Shown piece by piece: positions 1 through 12,780 of a DNA stretch of 64,000 nt. Below the pieces are notes generated by a model. That model ran no database searches and had not been told where the DNA came from. It saw only the letters and a program-made list of their open reading frames with translations. Location: positions 1-64,000 of the forward strand of contig JAUCBJ010007417.1 in assembly GCA_032718475.1 (NCBI GenBank). Reading direction: 5' to 3'. The DNA comes from Nemertoderma westbladi (taxonomy: Eukaryota > Animalia > Xenacoelomorpha). The translations under genes were made by a program, and so were the position numbers. Position 1 is the first letter of the stretch, and every line of letters begins with the position of its first letter.

Positions 1-287
1 ATTATTTATATTTAACATAATAATTAAAAAAACATTAAATTAAAATAAAGGGAGAAGTTACCAGGCAATAAGATGCACTTAGGATAACAGTTTAGATACA
101 TAGTAAAATAAATTCACAGAATTGAATTCAAAAATATAAACAATTTGAAATACAGTATGATTAGATAATTTCAAGTACAGTAAGCTAAGAAGTATATGTA
201 ACAACAACTGAAATAAAACAAATAACCAGAAGTTCAGTCGATCTAAACATTAAATTAAATTTAAAATTATATAAGAATATAATTAAA

Positions 288-3115
288 CTATGGTGCACCG
301 TCAAACGTACAATACCTCACCAAATCTACATTTTTTAATTTACGAGAAAATTCGCTTTTTGATTTAGCCTCCACTAAAGATGACGGTAAACTGTTCCAAA
401 TTGAAACAACACGGTTTGAAAAAAATTCATTGAATATTTTTAGCCGAGAACGTCTTTGGAAAAGTTTAAATTTATGGCCGCGTAATCCACCTTGCCGTGC
501 GTAACAGAAAAACTGGTCAAAATCAACATTCACATAGTTATTAACGATACCAAACGTCATTTTTAGGTCATTGGCGATGCGGCGCTCCTGCAGGGATTCT
601 AATTTAAGGAAACCTAATCGTTGCATATAAGAATAATTACTATCAATTTTGCATCTGGAAAATAAACGACGTGTGAAATACCTTTGCACTTTTTCAAGTT
701 TGTTTATAGAACCTTGTTGGTATGGTGACCAAACAGGGGTGCAGTATTCAACGATTGGTCTGACAAACGATTTGTATGCAACCAAAATCGACACCAAATG
801 GGCAGAATTAAAACATCGAAAAATCATGTTAATAATTTTACAAGCTTTATGTGCCTGTTGTTTACAGTATGAGTCAAACTTGAGATCGGAACATATCATC
901 AGACCCAAATCCTTGCATTCCTTATCCTCTTTGAGCGATTTCTCGCACAACTTGTATGACGCTTTCTGGTTATTCTTACCAACATATACCACGGAGCATT
1001 TGTGAGCAGCGACCGAGAGTTGCCAGTCGGCTGCCCAGTCACCCAACTTTGACAGCGAACACTGTAATAAATGACTCTCCTTTGACGGCGCATACAGTTT
1101 GACGTCATCTGCAAACAGTTTGCATGTAATAATATCAACTAGTTGTGGCAGGTCATTAATAAATATTAAGAACAGAACTGGCCCCAACACACTTCCTTGA
1201 GGTGTACCGGAAATGACGTCACATACCTTCGAGAAACAGGCACCAACCACGAATCTCTGTGTTCGGCCTGACAAGAACGCTGCGATCCAAGCCAGTAGAT
1301 TACCTCCGATTCCATAACTTGTAAGTTTAGAAATCAGTTTCGAATGGACTACAGAGTCAAACGCCTTTGCGTAGTCAATGTATATTATGTCTAGATTATT
1401 CTTGTCATCAATTAGTTTAAGCCAATCAGCTGTGCATTCGAGTAGTTGGGTACATGTGGAACGTTTCTCTAAGAAGCCGTGTTGGGACCTTGATATTAAT
1501 TTGTGCAAAAGCAAATAGCGACATATCTCATCCTTGATGCACATCTCCATGACTTTGCAGGCAATGCACGTCAGGGAAATTGGTCTGTAGTTGTACGCAT
1601 CTAGAGGATCACCCTTCTTAAAGGAAGGAATAACGACGGCAGTCAACCAGACTGGTGGAAGAGAGTGATATTCAAATGACGCTTTAAATATGGCCGAGAG
1701 CGGAGCGGCTAGGTTACATGCTAGGTTAGAGAATAATAAGCACGGGAATCCGTCCGGGGTGCGACTAGATTTTGGTTTCAGTTTTTTGAGCATTTTCAGC
1801 ACAGTTACCGGATCGAATGGGACTTTATCGAGTTTCACATTTATAGGAACTTTTCGCGGCAATGGGTGTATTGTATTGTTATCAGATGTAAAGTTCTCAG
1901 AAAGAACATCAGCAAATATACTAGCCTTTACAGCGTCATCAAGTATAATATCTCCATTATATTTCAGAGGTCCGATTCCTGAGTTTGTTTTTCGTTTCGA
2001 ATTAACAAATTTGAACATGGAGCTACGGTCGCCCGACGTAAGTATTTTCGTTTCCCGGACACAAGCAGCGCGGAACACCGCCTTAGAGACTTCATCTGCG
2101 GCATGTTTATACGCTTCTTTTCCACCAGGCGAATTTCTTCTTCTCCAGAGCAATTTCTTTGTGCGCTGCAGCTGATGTACATAAGCTGGATAATATTTTT
2201 TCTTTCCTGAGTTCGCGAATTTCTTAAATGGGATACAAAGATCAATACCTTTCTTCAATGTTGTACTGAATATTTCCCAAAGCTCTGTTACTGAGCTACA
2301 TGATGTAAATAGATCCTTCCAGTTAACAGTTCGAAGAAATAATCCAAACTGATTATAGTCACCGTTTTTGAAATCGTAGTAGCCATCAGTATGATCTGGT
2401 ATGATAGCTTGGGTCGGAGAGGTGATAAGGAATTCCACGGTATCATGGTCACTTGAACCAAAAGGTATGTTTGTGTCAACACCAGAAACATGGTTGTCAT
2501 CAGTACTGAAAACTAGGTCGAGGACTGAATCCTTACGTGTAGGTTTAAGTTGCAGTTGAGATAAACTTGCTTCCAAGACGAGATCAGCGAAGGATTGGTA
2601 TAATGCATTGCTAGGGTGAGTGAAATCGACCCAATTAAACTCTCTGAGGTTGAAGTCGCCGGTAATCGCGCACGGAATGGTTGTGTCGGTTAGTTCTGCG
2701 AGACACTCGCACAGCAGATTGTTTTTGTGATGCTGATCGTTTATATAATCGGGTCTGTAGGCACAGATAAAACGAGATGGAATATCACCAATAATATCGA
2801 TTGAGATTACCTCGAGTTCATTAAATTTGTTCGGTATAGGTGTTTGCACACATTTAATGTCGGATGAGACAAATATAGCAACCCCTCCACCTCTATCAAG
2901 TCGATCCTTCCGAAATACACGAAAACGCGTTCCATGAGTGAGTAATGCATCGGGAACTGCTTCATGGAGCCATGTTTCAGTAACAGCAACGATATTACAA
3001 TTCGTATTTGAAAGGAGTTCGGTTATATCACAGAGTTTATTCATAATTGATTGCGCGTTGAAACAGCAGCAATGACATATTCCATTCGTAGCATGGGTAG
3101 CTTCTCCCGCATTTA
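288..3115 (-). CDS. LINE ORF2: apurinic-like endonuclease + reverse transcriptase (frame is open upstream of the ATG at 3044 and overlaps the ORF1 stop)
   Basis: Motifs FNAQSIMNK (upstream of ATG), VTETWL, GDFN, SDHD, NYRPISLT, IDYAKAFD, PQGSVLGP, FADD; CR1-type C-terminus YKSFVRPIVEY...LEKVQRYFTR. Confidence 0.93.
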
Positions 3116-4231
3116 GTTTAAAAGCTCCTGAGACTCCTGCATAGCAGTAGCCGCTGGTGCCGCTCCCGGAACTGAGCTTGCAATTGGTTGGGGAATCGTC
3201 GCACTCGCACCCATCGTACCTACGTGGTTGTCATTACTGACCAAACGCCCTGGCCGCGAGCATGCGTTACGGCGTGATTCGCGCCTAAGGAACTGCTCCC
3301 TCGCCTGGAATCTCGTTAGATCGCGATTGATGTAAACGTTGCGGTAGTTATGGGAGTTTTTAAGTTTCTTTTTAGTCTGGAGAATATTAGAGGCTAGTTC
3401 CACACTTGATAACTGGACTGTTATCCGTGCAGGCTTGTTGTCTCGTGCAGGTAACTGTGAGACGATGCTAACTGATGATTGGGAAGCTGGAACATCGAAG
3501 TCATTCTCGAGAAGACTTGATAGGCATTCGATGGCCGTTTTCCCGTCCTCGATTTGTAAACCCGTGATAGTAACATTGCGTGCACGTTTCTGACGTTTGT
3601 CCACTTCCTGGTCTACTTCATTGACATTCAGTCTGGGGGGATCCGGATTCATTGCACCGGTACGTGGAGAACCTCGACCTCTACCTTTAGTTTCGACATA
3701 TCGCCATCTGCGGGAAGAAGACGCGTCTCTCCCGTTGTCGACATCAACAGAGGCGCTTAACCGATCATCGATTTCCTTCCGAAAGGACGCCAATTCGACT
3801 TTCAGAACACTCTGCAGCTGAGAGGCAATGCTGTCTGCATCTTGTTGTCTGTTGTCACCGTCACCCCCATTGATACAAAGTGAACCGCTAGAAAGGCAAG
3901 AATTACAGATAATCTTGCAGTTAAGACATTTCGCCATGATGTTAACTTCTTGGGTGGACAGTTTAAGACAGGAACCGTGGATCCATTTCCCACAGATCTC
4001 GCATCCTAGGCAGTTGTTTCCTGATACCTTTTTACGGCAATGCGGACAGTTGTCTTCTCCTTGAGTTGGACGAGAATTCGATTTACATGATTTTATATGA
4101 GAGTTGAGTGATGAAGTATCTATGAATAGAACACTACAGTGCTCGCATTCAAACAGTTCTTGACTTGGTTTAATTACCGATATGCTTGTTCTTCTTCCTT
4201 TAGCCGCCGCCGCCGCCACCGCTGCCGGCAT
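3113..4231 (-). CDS. LINE ORF1 with C2H2 zinc finger, PHD finger and RRM-like C-terminal part
   Basis: CEHC...HIKSC; CPHC...CEICGKWIHGSC...ICNSC (PHD pattern); NVTITGL and VYINRDLT motifs typical of CR1/L2-group ORF1. Confidence 0.88.
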   Translation of the reverse strand: MPAAVAAAAAKGRRTSISVIKPSQELFECEHCSVLFIDTSSLNSHIKSCKSNSRPTQGEDNCPHCRKKVSGNNCLGCEICGKWIHGSCLKLSTQEVNIMAKCLNCKIICNSCLSSGSLCINGGDGDNRQQDADSIASQLQSVLKVELASFRKEIDDRLSASVDVDNGRDASSSRRWRYVETKGRGRGSPRTGAMNPDPPRLNVNEVDQEVDKRQKRARNVTITGLQIEDGKTAIECLSSLLENDFDVPASQSSVSIVSQLPARDNKPARITVQLSSVELASNILQTKKKLKNSHNYRNVYINRDLTRFQAREQFLRRESRRNACSRPGRLVSNDNHVGTMGASATIPQPIASSVPGAAPAATAMQESQELLN

Positions 4232-4929
4232 GGTAGATTTGCAACAGTTGAAGGTGACGAGGAAACCAACGAGTTGATGGATTGGGCAATGGGCGTTCAG
4301 GGCAACCCAGCGCCAAAGCAGTATATTATTATTATATTAAAGTATGAAAGTTGACAGTGTCGAACAGTACAGCAGGATGATATAGTAGCAGATGTAGGTA
4401 TAAAGCAGGTATTTCTGTATTTTAGTACCGGCACCGGTACTGATATCTATATATAGCTACAGCAGTATGCAGTAGCAGTAATAGGCCTATAGAACCTACC
4501 CTACCACCTACCGGCTGACCGCAGGCAGCAGGACGACCCAGACGACCGGTGCGGTGCCGTACAACACTGGTGCTTACTGCTTAGATCGTGGCTTTTCCAG
4601 AAGGTAATATATCCCGATCGGGATATGTCAGTGAATGTACATAACTGTCATTTACTACTGTATATTCTACTCTACTATGTAAAACTACAGTATTAGAGTA
4701 GGTATATTTCTGTATTTGGTGTTTGGAAAACTAGAATGTCAATAAATATTATTAGAATGTGAAGTGAAGTCTGCACTGCTAACCAACTAAATCCACCTAA
4801 AAAAAACGTGAAGAAAATGAAACCAGGATGACAATGGCAGAATGGTAATGCATTCTAGCATTCGCCGATTCGCGCATGACACTGAATAATCTGTTGTGCC
4901 GGTAATTGAACATGAACATGTTTCTGTGT

Positions 4930-6620
4930 TTAGAAGACTTCGTGCAGCACGTTTGATACTGAATCAATCCATTGAAACGTTTTAAGAGACCTTCGCGCAG
5001 TATGTGAGATACTGAAACAATCAGTTGAAACGTTTATGAGACCTTCATGCAGCACGTACGTGGGGTACCTGGGTACCGTAACAATCTGTTGAAATGTTTA
5101 AGATACCATTGTGCAGCACATCTTAGATACTGAAACAATCTATTGAAACGTTTAAGATACCTTCATGCAGCATGTGGAGTTCTCTGTAACAATCTATTGA
5201 AACATTTAAGATACCTGTGAGCAGTATATGGGATACTGAAACAATTCGTTGAAATGTGTAAGACTGTAAGAGAGAACAATCTGGTGAATCGTTTAAGAGA
5301 CCTTCATGCAGCACATTAGATTTGGATACTGAAACAATCTATTGAAACGTTTAAGAGACCTTCATGCAGTTGCAGCACGTTGGATACTGAAACAATCTAT
5401 TGAAACGTAAGTGACCTTCATGCAGCACGTTAGATACTGAAACAATCTATTGAAACGTAAGTGACCTTCATGCAGCACGTTGGATACTGAAACAATCTAT
5501 TGAAACGTTTAAGATACCATTGTACAGCACTTTGGATACTGAAACAATCTATTGAAACGTTTAAGATACCTTCATGCAGCACGTTGGATACTGAAACAAT
5601 CTATTGAAACGTTTAGAATACCTTCATGCAGCACATTGGATACTGAAACAATCTGTTGAAACGTTAAGAGACCTTCGCGCAGCACGTTAGATACTGAAAC
5701 AATCTATTGAAACGTAAGTGACCTTCATGCAGCACGTTGGATACTGAAACAATCTATTGAAACGTTTAAGATACCATTGTACAGCACTTTGGATACTGAA
5801 ACAATCTATTGAAACGTTTAAGATACCTTCATGCAGCACGTTGGATACTGAAACAATCTGTTGAAACGTTCAAGAGACCTTTGTGCAGCACATTGGATAC
5901 TGAAACAATCTATTGAAACGTTTAGAATACCTTCATGCAGCACATTGGATACTGAAACAATCTGTTGAAACGTTAAGAGACCTTCGCGCAGTATGTGAGA
6001 TACTGAAACAATCCGTTGAAATGTCCAAGAGTCAACAATCTGTTGAAACGTTTAAGAGACAGACCTTCATGTAGTACGTTGGATACTGAAAAAATCTATT
6101 GAAACGTTTGAGAGACCTTCGCGTAGTATGTGAGATACTGAAACAATCCGTTGAAACGTTTAAGAGACCTTCATGCAGTTGCAGCACGTTGGATACTGAA
6201 ACAATCTATTCATGAAACGTTTAAGAGACCGTCATGCAGCACGCTGGATACTGAAACAATCTATTAAAACGTAAGAGACCTTCATGCAGCACGTTGGATA
6301 CTGAAACAATCTATTGAAACGTTTAAGATACCATTGTGCAGCACTCTGGATACTTCATGCAGCACGTTGGATACTGAAACAATCTGTTGAAACGTTTAAG
6401 AGACCTTCATGCAGCACATTGGATTTGGATACTGAAACAATATATTGAAACGTTTAAGAGACCTTCATGCAGCACGTTGGATACTGAAACAATCTATTGA
6501 AATGTAAGAGACCTTCATGCAGCACATTGGATACTGAAACAATCTGTTGAAACGTTTAAGAGACCTTTGCGCTGTAGCCTATATCTGTATATGGGATACG
6601 GTACTGTAACAAACTGTTGA
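4930..6620. repeat. ~52-bp degenerate tandem satellite (ggatactgaaacaatctattgaaacgtttaagagaccttcatgcagcacgtt), ~30 copies
   Basis: Unit recurs directly; the same family occurs at 7810-8960. Confidence 0.9.
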
Positions 6621-7809
6621 AATTTCATAGTAGGGCTACGAAGGCTGGTACTACCTGGTAGGCAGATACGGTACCGGTACTACACACTAAACTGCAGTAT
6701 TCTCCGTCCGGTATGTGGAAGCAGGACAATTCGGTCCCGGACAATTCGGTCCGGACAATTCGGTCCCGGACAATTCGGTCCCGGACAATTCGGTCCCATT
6801 AATTTTGTGTTTTGGGGCCGAATTGTCCGGGACCGAATTGTCCGGATACTGACAGGACAATTCGGTCCCAAAACATGCATATTAATGGGACCGAATTGTC
6901 CGGGACCGAATTGTCTGGGACCGAATTGTCCGGGACCGAATTGTCCGGGACCGAATTGTCCGGGACCGAATTGTCCAGGACCGAATTGTCCGGGACCAAA
7001 TTTAATTTGTACTATATAATGGTGAATGTTCTAGAACCTTAATATATATTATTATATGGTAGCTAGTGTTTTTTTTACTAGCTAGTATTTTTTTTTTAAT
7101 AAAAAAAATTTACTTTTTTTGTTAACATTATTATTTATGGTAGCTATGGTGTTTTTATGGAGCTTGTGATTTATTTACTAGCTAGTAATAGTACGTATTT
7201 AAAATGTTTAAAACTGATTTTTTTTTATATACTGCGTAAGTATAATGTATGTGTTGTTGGTTGGTAACAAGCCTAAATTCAGAAATTATTATCCTAGACA
7301 GTCGGTGATATAGGCGATTTTGGACTTGATCCAATTTTGGAACTTGCTAAGTCAAAATTGGACTTCCATTCCAATATCGGAATTAATTTTGACATGAATT
7401 ACAGTGAATTTTCCACAGCCTACAATTTTTTCAGACGGGATCTGAAATTTAACCTACATGTTCTTCACTACAAAATAAGAGTTTTAACCGTGCACGAGAA
7501 AATTTCACGGTGCACCACAAAGACAACCGACATTTAAAGTTTTGCACATCCAATTTTGGACTTTAGGTCAAATTTTGTCTTTCCATCAGCACTATACTAC
7601 TGTACTACAGTACTACACTGTACGTACAGTACACTACAGGACAATGGCAGAATGGGTATTGTATTGTTTCTATTGAACAGCACATAGCAGCACTTAGCAC
7701 TTTAAGTCCACAGTTGTCTTTCTGAATGAAATTTATCTTATTTACTCTATTTTGTTTCACTTTGTCAATGTACATACTGACATACGTAAATAGATTTTAA
7801 AAACTAGAA

Positions 7810-8960
7810 CTGTAACAATCTGTTGAAATGATTAAGATACCTTCCATGTCCTTCACACAGTATGTGAGATACTGAAACAAATCCATTGAAACGTTTAAGA
7901 GACCTCCGTGCAGCATGTGGGGCACTGTAACAATCTATTGAAACGTTTAAGAGACCTTCGTGCAGCACGTTGGATACTGAAACAATCTGTTGAAACGTTT
8001 AAGAGACCTTCGTGCAGCACATGCGATACTGTAACATTGTGTAACAATCTGATGAAACGTTTGAGAGACCTTCGCGCATTATGTGAAATACTGAAACAAT
8101 CTGTTAAAACTTTTGAGACCTTCGCGCAGCATGTGGAGAACTGTAACATTGTGTAACAAGCTGTTGAAACGTTTAAGAGACCTTCACGGAGCACGCGGCG
8201 CACTGTAACATTGTGTAACAAGCTGTTCAAATGTTTACGAGACCTTCGCGCAGCACGTGGCGCACTGTAACATTGTGTAACAAGCTGTTCAAATGTTTAA
8301 GAGACCTTCGCGCAGCACGTGGCGTGCTCCAACATTGTGTAACAAACTGTTGAAACGTTTAAGAGACCTTCGCGCAGCACGTGGCTTACTGTAACATTGT
8401 GTAACAAGCTCTTGAAACGTTTAAGAGACCTTCGCGCAGCACGTGGCGTACTCCAACATTGTGTAAGAAGCTGTTCAAATGTTTAAAAGACCTTCGCGCA
8501 GCACGTGGCTTACTGTAACATTTTGTAACAAGCTGTTGAAACGTTTGAGAGACTTTCGCGCAGCACGTGGCGCACTGTAACATTGTTAACAAGCTGTTGA
8601 AACGTTTAATAGACCTTCGTGCAGCACATGGGGGTACTGAAACAATCTGTTGAAACGTTTGAGAGACCTTCGCGCAGCACGTGGCGCACTGTAACATTGT
8701 ATAACAAGCTGTTCAAATGTTTAAGAGACCTTCGCGCAGCACGTGGCTTACTGTAACATTGTGTAACAATATGTTGAAACGTTTGAGAGACCTTCGCGCA
8801 GCACGTGGCGTACTCCAACATTGTGTAACAAACTGTTGAAACGTTTAAGATACCTCCACGTTCGCGCAGTATGTGAGATACTGAAACAATCTGTTGAAAC
8901 GGTTCAAAGGCCTTCGCGCAGCACATGAGACAATAAAACAATATATTGAAACGATTAAGT
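7810..8960. repeat. 52/62-bp tandem satellite, variant of the 4930-6620 family
   Basis: Shared core gttgaaacgtttaagagaccttc(g/a)(c/t)gcagcacgt; 62-bp period (gacc at 8241, 8303, 8365). Confidence 0.88.
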
Positions 8961-9039
8961 GGTCTATATATTTTCCATCATAGCTAACACCCCAATTCAT
9001 GATATTGACTGATTGAATGGGATAATCTTTTTAGGCTCA

Positions 9040-9350
9040 TTAAGCCAAGCTGCCAAGGAATGCCTGTTCACCACCATGGATGATATTCTATAGTAAACCT
9101 TTCTAAACTCTTCTATAGTAAACCATTTTATTTTCCAAAGTTGCCTTGGTTCCCATTTATCGACCACTCACAAGGATGAAAGCTAGGGATGGTCTAGGCT
9201 GAAGCATTTAAAGCACTGTCAGACTGTGTAGCTGTGCTCAAACAGTGCTGCCCTCGTGCACCATACCGTGCCCAGGCTGGCGTGCCCCATCTAAGGATCG
9301 AAACAGGGCTTCCTAATAGGAAGCCCAGGAATGTCACCAATAGACCAAGT
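9040..9350 (-). mobile_element. Degenerate tRNA-derived SINE (Meta-domain-like central segment)
   Basis: On the - strand: A-box-like tggtctattgg, B-box-like gtttcgatcc, then ctagctttcatccttgtgagtggtcgataaatgggaacc, which resembles the Meta-SINE conserved domain as I recall it. Confidence 0.5.
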
Positions 9351-10889
9351 TGCAGCTTGGTCTAGGGTCTAGCTGCAGCTGTGCTTCTAGCGTAGAACTG
9401 TGCTGTACAGGGTACAGCTCTAGTCATGCCCATATAGCCTTATAATCGGACCCCTGTACCTTGTTACTTGTTAGTGTTACAGCAGTCATCCTCCATAGCA
9501 TCTCTGCAAACAAAGTCCAATTTTGGAATGTATGAATACATTTCTGCAAAAGCATGGTAGGAATAATGAATTTGACAAAAAAAACATATATTTATTGAAA
9601 AATGATAGAATTTATGATGGAAATATACTTGCAGGACTTTAAAATATTTTTTTTTAATTTAGAAAAGTCCAATTTTGGAGTGTATTCCGATTTCGGAATC
9701 TACCCTCGCACAAAGTTCCAAAATTGGAATAAGTCCAAAATCGCCTATATCACCGACTGCTAGATAATAGCTGGATCTCATTAAGAGACTGTTATAATAT
9801 CATCAATATTGTTGGTAATTAATATAATCAGCAACAGTTTAGGCCTAATTCTGAAATATCAATGTTTTCACAGGTGTTTTTATAATTTCAAGGAAATGCT
9901 AGCTAGTAAAAAAAAACACTAGCTACACCTTAATAAATAATATATAATAATGTTCTCGAACACTACCAATAACAAAAATAAAAAAAAATACAGTATTTTT
10001 AAAATTTCAAAAAATTCTAGCAAGTAAATAACACTAGCTTAGCTACCATAACAAATATCTCTACTAATGTTCTAGAACATTCACCAATATCAAAAAAGCA
10101 CTAAAAAGTTGCTATCAGGAACCGGACAATTCGGTCCCGGACAATTCGGTCCCGGACAATTCGGTCCTAGGACAATTCGGTCCTAGGACAATTCGGTCCC
10201 GGACAATTCGGACCCGGACAATTCGGTCCCATTTATTTACAGTTTTGGGACCGAATTGTCCGGGACCGAATTGTCCGGGACCGAATTGTCCGGACCGAAT
10301 TGTCCGGGACCGAATTGTCCTACATCCCGGTATGTCTATTTGTAGTCTGGTTCTGGTAGTCGTAGTAGTGACACACACCCTCTACCCAGCTGCCCTCCTA
10401 GTCCAGTAATGGTACCGGTACACGTATACCGGTATACCTATACATTATACAAAAAAATACAATCATCTCATGTCTCATGACTAACCTACCAGCTACCACA
10501 ATATATCCCGATCGGGATATTTACAAAGATTTTCACTCTGCAATATCTTTTCAAAGCCCTAACACCACATTGCGGGGCACAAACGAATATAACCCATTTT
10601 TTCTGATCTATCTGCTGGATGGCGCCATTTGGGTCGCTTTTTTATAGTTTAGGTCGCTTTTTGGAAAGGTTGAATATATCCCGATCGGGATAGGGAACCC
10701 TACTGCTTGTCTGATTCATTATACAAGTTATACCGAACTGCCGAACAGCCGAAAGCAGTCAGGCGTCAGGCAGAACAATAGGTAGGCCTACAGCAAATCA
10801 AATTATTAAGAATTGAAGCAACAGTAATAATCTGATAATAGCCAAAGCCAATACCGGTCAGTCTGTCAGTTCTTAGGGTACCGGTAGGT

Positions 10890-11075
10890 TTCTTAAACTG
10901 TTAAATAGGAAGTTTTTTTTCTTCCTATATAGGACAGTCTGGGAAATTAGCCCAATAGGGAAACTTATTTATTTCCCTATAGGGAAATTTGTGTTTCCCT
11001 ATCCTATACCTTCCCTGCTATAGCTGTATTCTGTATAGGGACATCAAAGTTTTCCCTATACAGCTATAGGGAAAT
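10890..11075. repeat. Cluster of ttccctataggg-type palindromic motifs, probable MITE remnant
   Basis: Several ccctat/ataggg copies in both orientations; no clear TIR/TSD found. Confidence 0.35.
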
Positions 11076-12449
11076 TATGCAAATCTTGGTTTTTAATTAA
11101 TTTTACATGATTTTTATTTATTTTAGACTGTACATTTCCTGTTTTCTGTTTTAATAATAATGAATAATTGAATAGGCCTAATATTATTAAGCAGTTGAGT
11201 GCAGAAGTGCTTTGACCTGTTGACAGTTTGATTCAAAATATATTGAATATTGGTACCGGTACACTACTTACTTACACTTAATTTATATTTGAATTTATAC
11301 ACGTCGATTTACTTTTAATCAGAGGTTGTTTATTTTCATCAAAAAAATCACCTCCGCCTTGCACAACACACACTTTGAAACACGTTCAGACGTTACCGGT
11401 ATCATGTAAATCTGAAATCCATTTGAATTTTGAATAATAATAATATTAGTCTGATATATAAGACAGATATAGTCAGATAGTAGGTAAGGTACTGGTGCCG
11501 CAGTATCGGTAGTCCAGTTCCAGTAGTAATAGTACCAGAGTACCGGTATGTAAATGTTGTTTTTTGATGCATATATTTTGCCAATAACTGAAAACTTACA
11601 ACAAGCCAGCAGCCACTACAGCACTTCATTCAAAACAAACATACTGGCATAACTTTATCCTGTATATGCCTGCATGTTTGATGTTTAATTAGATGTCATG
11701 CTGTCATCTGGTCACTTGTTCAGTGTTTATTTTAATTTTATGCGGATTTATGGTCCATTGCAGCATTCAGGTATTGGTCCCTATGTGGGTGGATGTGGTC
11801 CTTGTCCGAGCTGTCTAGTTTACCTCTGCATTTTATGCAGCTATGCAGCAGTGTGACAAGTGACATTGTCGTGCCGTGACAGCATTACACCGACTGACCG
11901 AATAGACATAAGCTATTAGTGCTGATGGCATTGCATAATCCTGTAATCTTCGGCACTGCTAGTTTAGAATTAATTGTATTAGTCAGTTAGTAGAAGTGAG
12001 AAGAGAAGATGGTAGGCTTAATAGGCCTATTATAAATAGAATTGAATTAAACTTCAGAACTTGAAATTAACTGAATTTTTTAAATTATCAATCAGGAACA
12101 AACAATGAAATAAATAAGAAAAACAAAGTAAAGTACCGTATCATAAAATAAACAACAAATAAATGGCCCATTACCTGAATGGTTACCTTAAGTGGTACTT
12201 GCCTTGCGGTTAGTTATGTACAATGGCCAAATCTGGCAGTGAATGTGAATTGCCATATTTGGTTATCATTACTCTACAAAACTGGCAACATAGGGTTTTG
12301 CTTACCGGTAGCTGATTTGGCAACCATAGCCGTAGAAAGCCGCCATTGCGTAATATGACAACTTAACTTTCTGACTTTGCTGCCTAATCCAGTAATACAG
12401 TAATAATATGTGAGAATATTTAGAATAGTAGAACAGAAACTGTCAACAA

Positions 12450-12780
12450 TAAAAAGGTATTGGTTCTTGGTGTAACGTTCAGTTCAAATCTTTCATTCTC
12501 CAATCACTGTTCTTATTCTATCATAGCATCCCGAGCTACATGTGTTCTAAATCTTGTGAAACATACATTTACCTTTATGACAGTATGGAGCGTTGGAGCC
12601 TCATATGTTCATCAACCTCTATCTAGCTATTACAGTATTATACTGTTACTTAATGATATGGTATTACTCATACAAATGCCTGGATTTGAATAAACAAATT
12701 AAATTAGGCAGCAGAAGTACCGAAGTACCGTATGTCTTAACGATCATCCTATATATGATACTACGATATGTCTAATCCAT
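12450..12780 (+). pseudogene. Decayed CR1-like LINE ORF2 C-terminal fragment
   Basis: Translation VLGVTFSSNLSFSNHC...RATCVLNLVKHTF resembles the post-RT thumb region (compare DLGLMICSDLKFDSYC...KACKIINMIFRCF in the 288-3044 ORF). Confidence 0.55.

Larger units (their letters stand above)
1..4560 (-). mobile_element. CR1-like non-LTR retrotransposon (LINE), apparently intact ORF1+ORF2; 3' UTR runs off the window start, 5' end approximate
   Basis: Adjacent minus-strand ORF1 (zinc finger/PHD) and ORF2 (APE endonuclease + RT), followed by an AT-rich 3' UTR at 1-287. Confidence 0.9.
7299..9759. mobile_element. Nested non-autonomous TIR transposon (CAGT termini, 5-bp TSD)
   Basis: TIR cagtcggtgatataggcgattttggactt at 7299 and its exact reverse complement ending at 9759, extending to ~47 bp with 2 mismatches; TSD ctaga on both sides. 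Confidence 0.85.
6717..10326. mobile_element. Non-autonomous foldback/Mutator-like DNA transposon with 15-bp subterminal repeats
   Basis: 9-bp TSD ccggtatgt at 6708-6716 and 10327-10335; G...C termini; arrays of ggacaattcggtccc and its reverse complement at both ends (6723-7000, 10120-10320). Confidence 0.85.

Noticed and set aside
4930-8960. Cys-rich translations (CATCCAK) as a zinc-finger gene
   Set aside because: Unit lengths of 52 and 62 bp break frame, and there is no C2H2 spacing.
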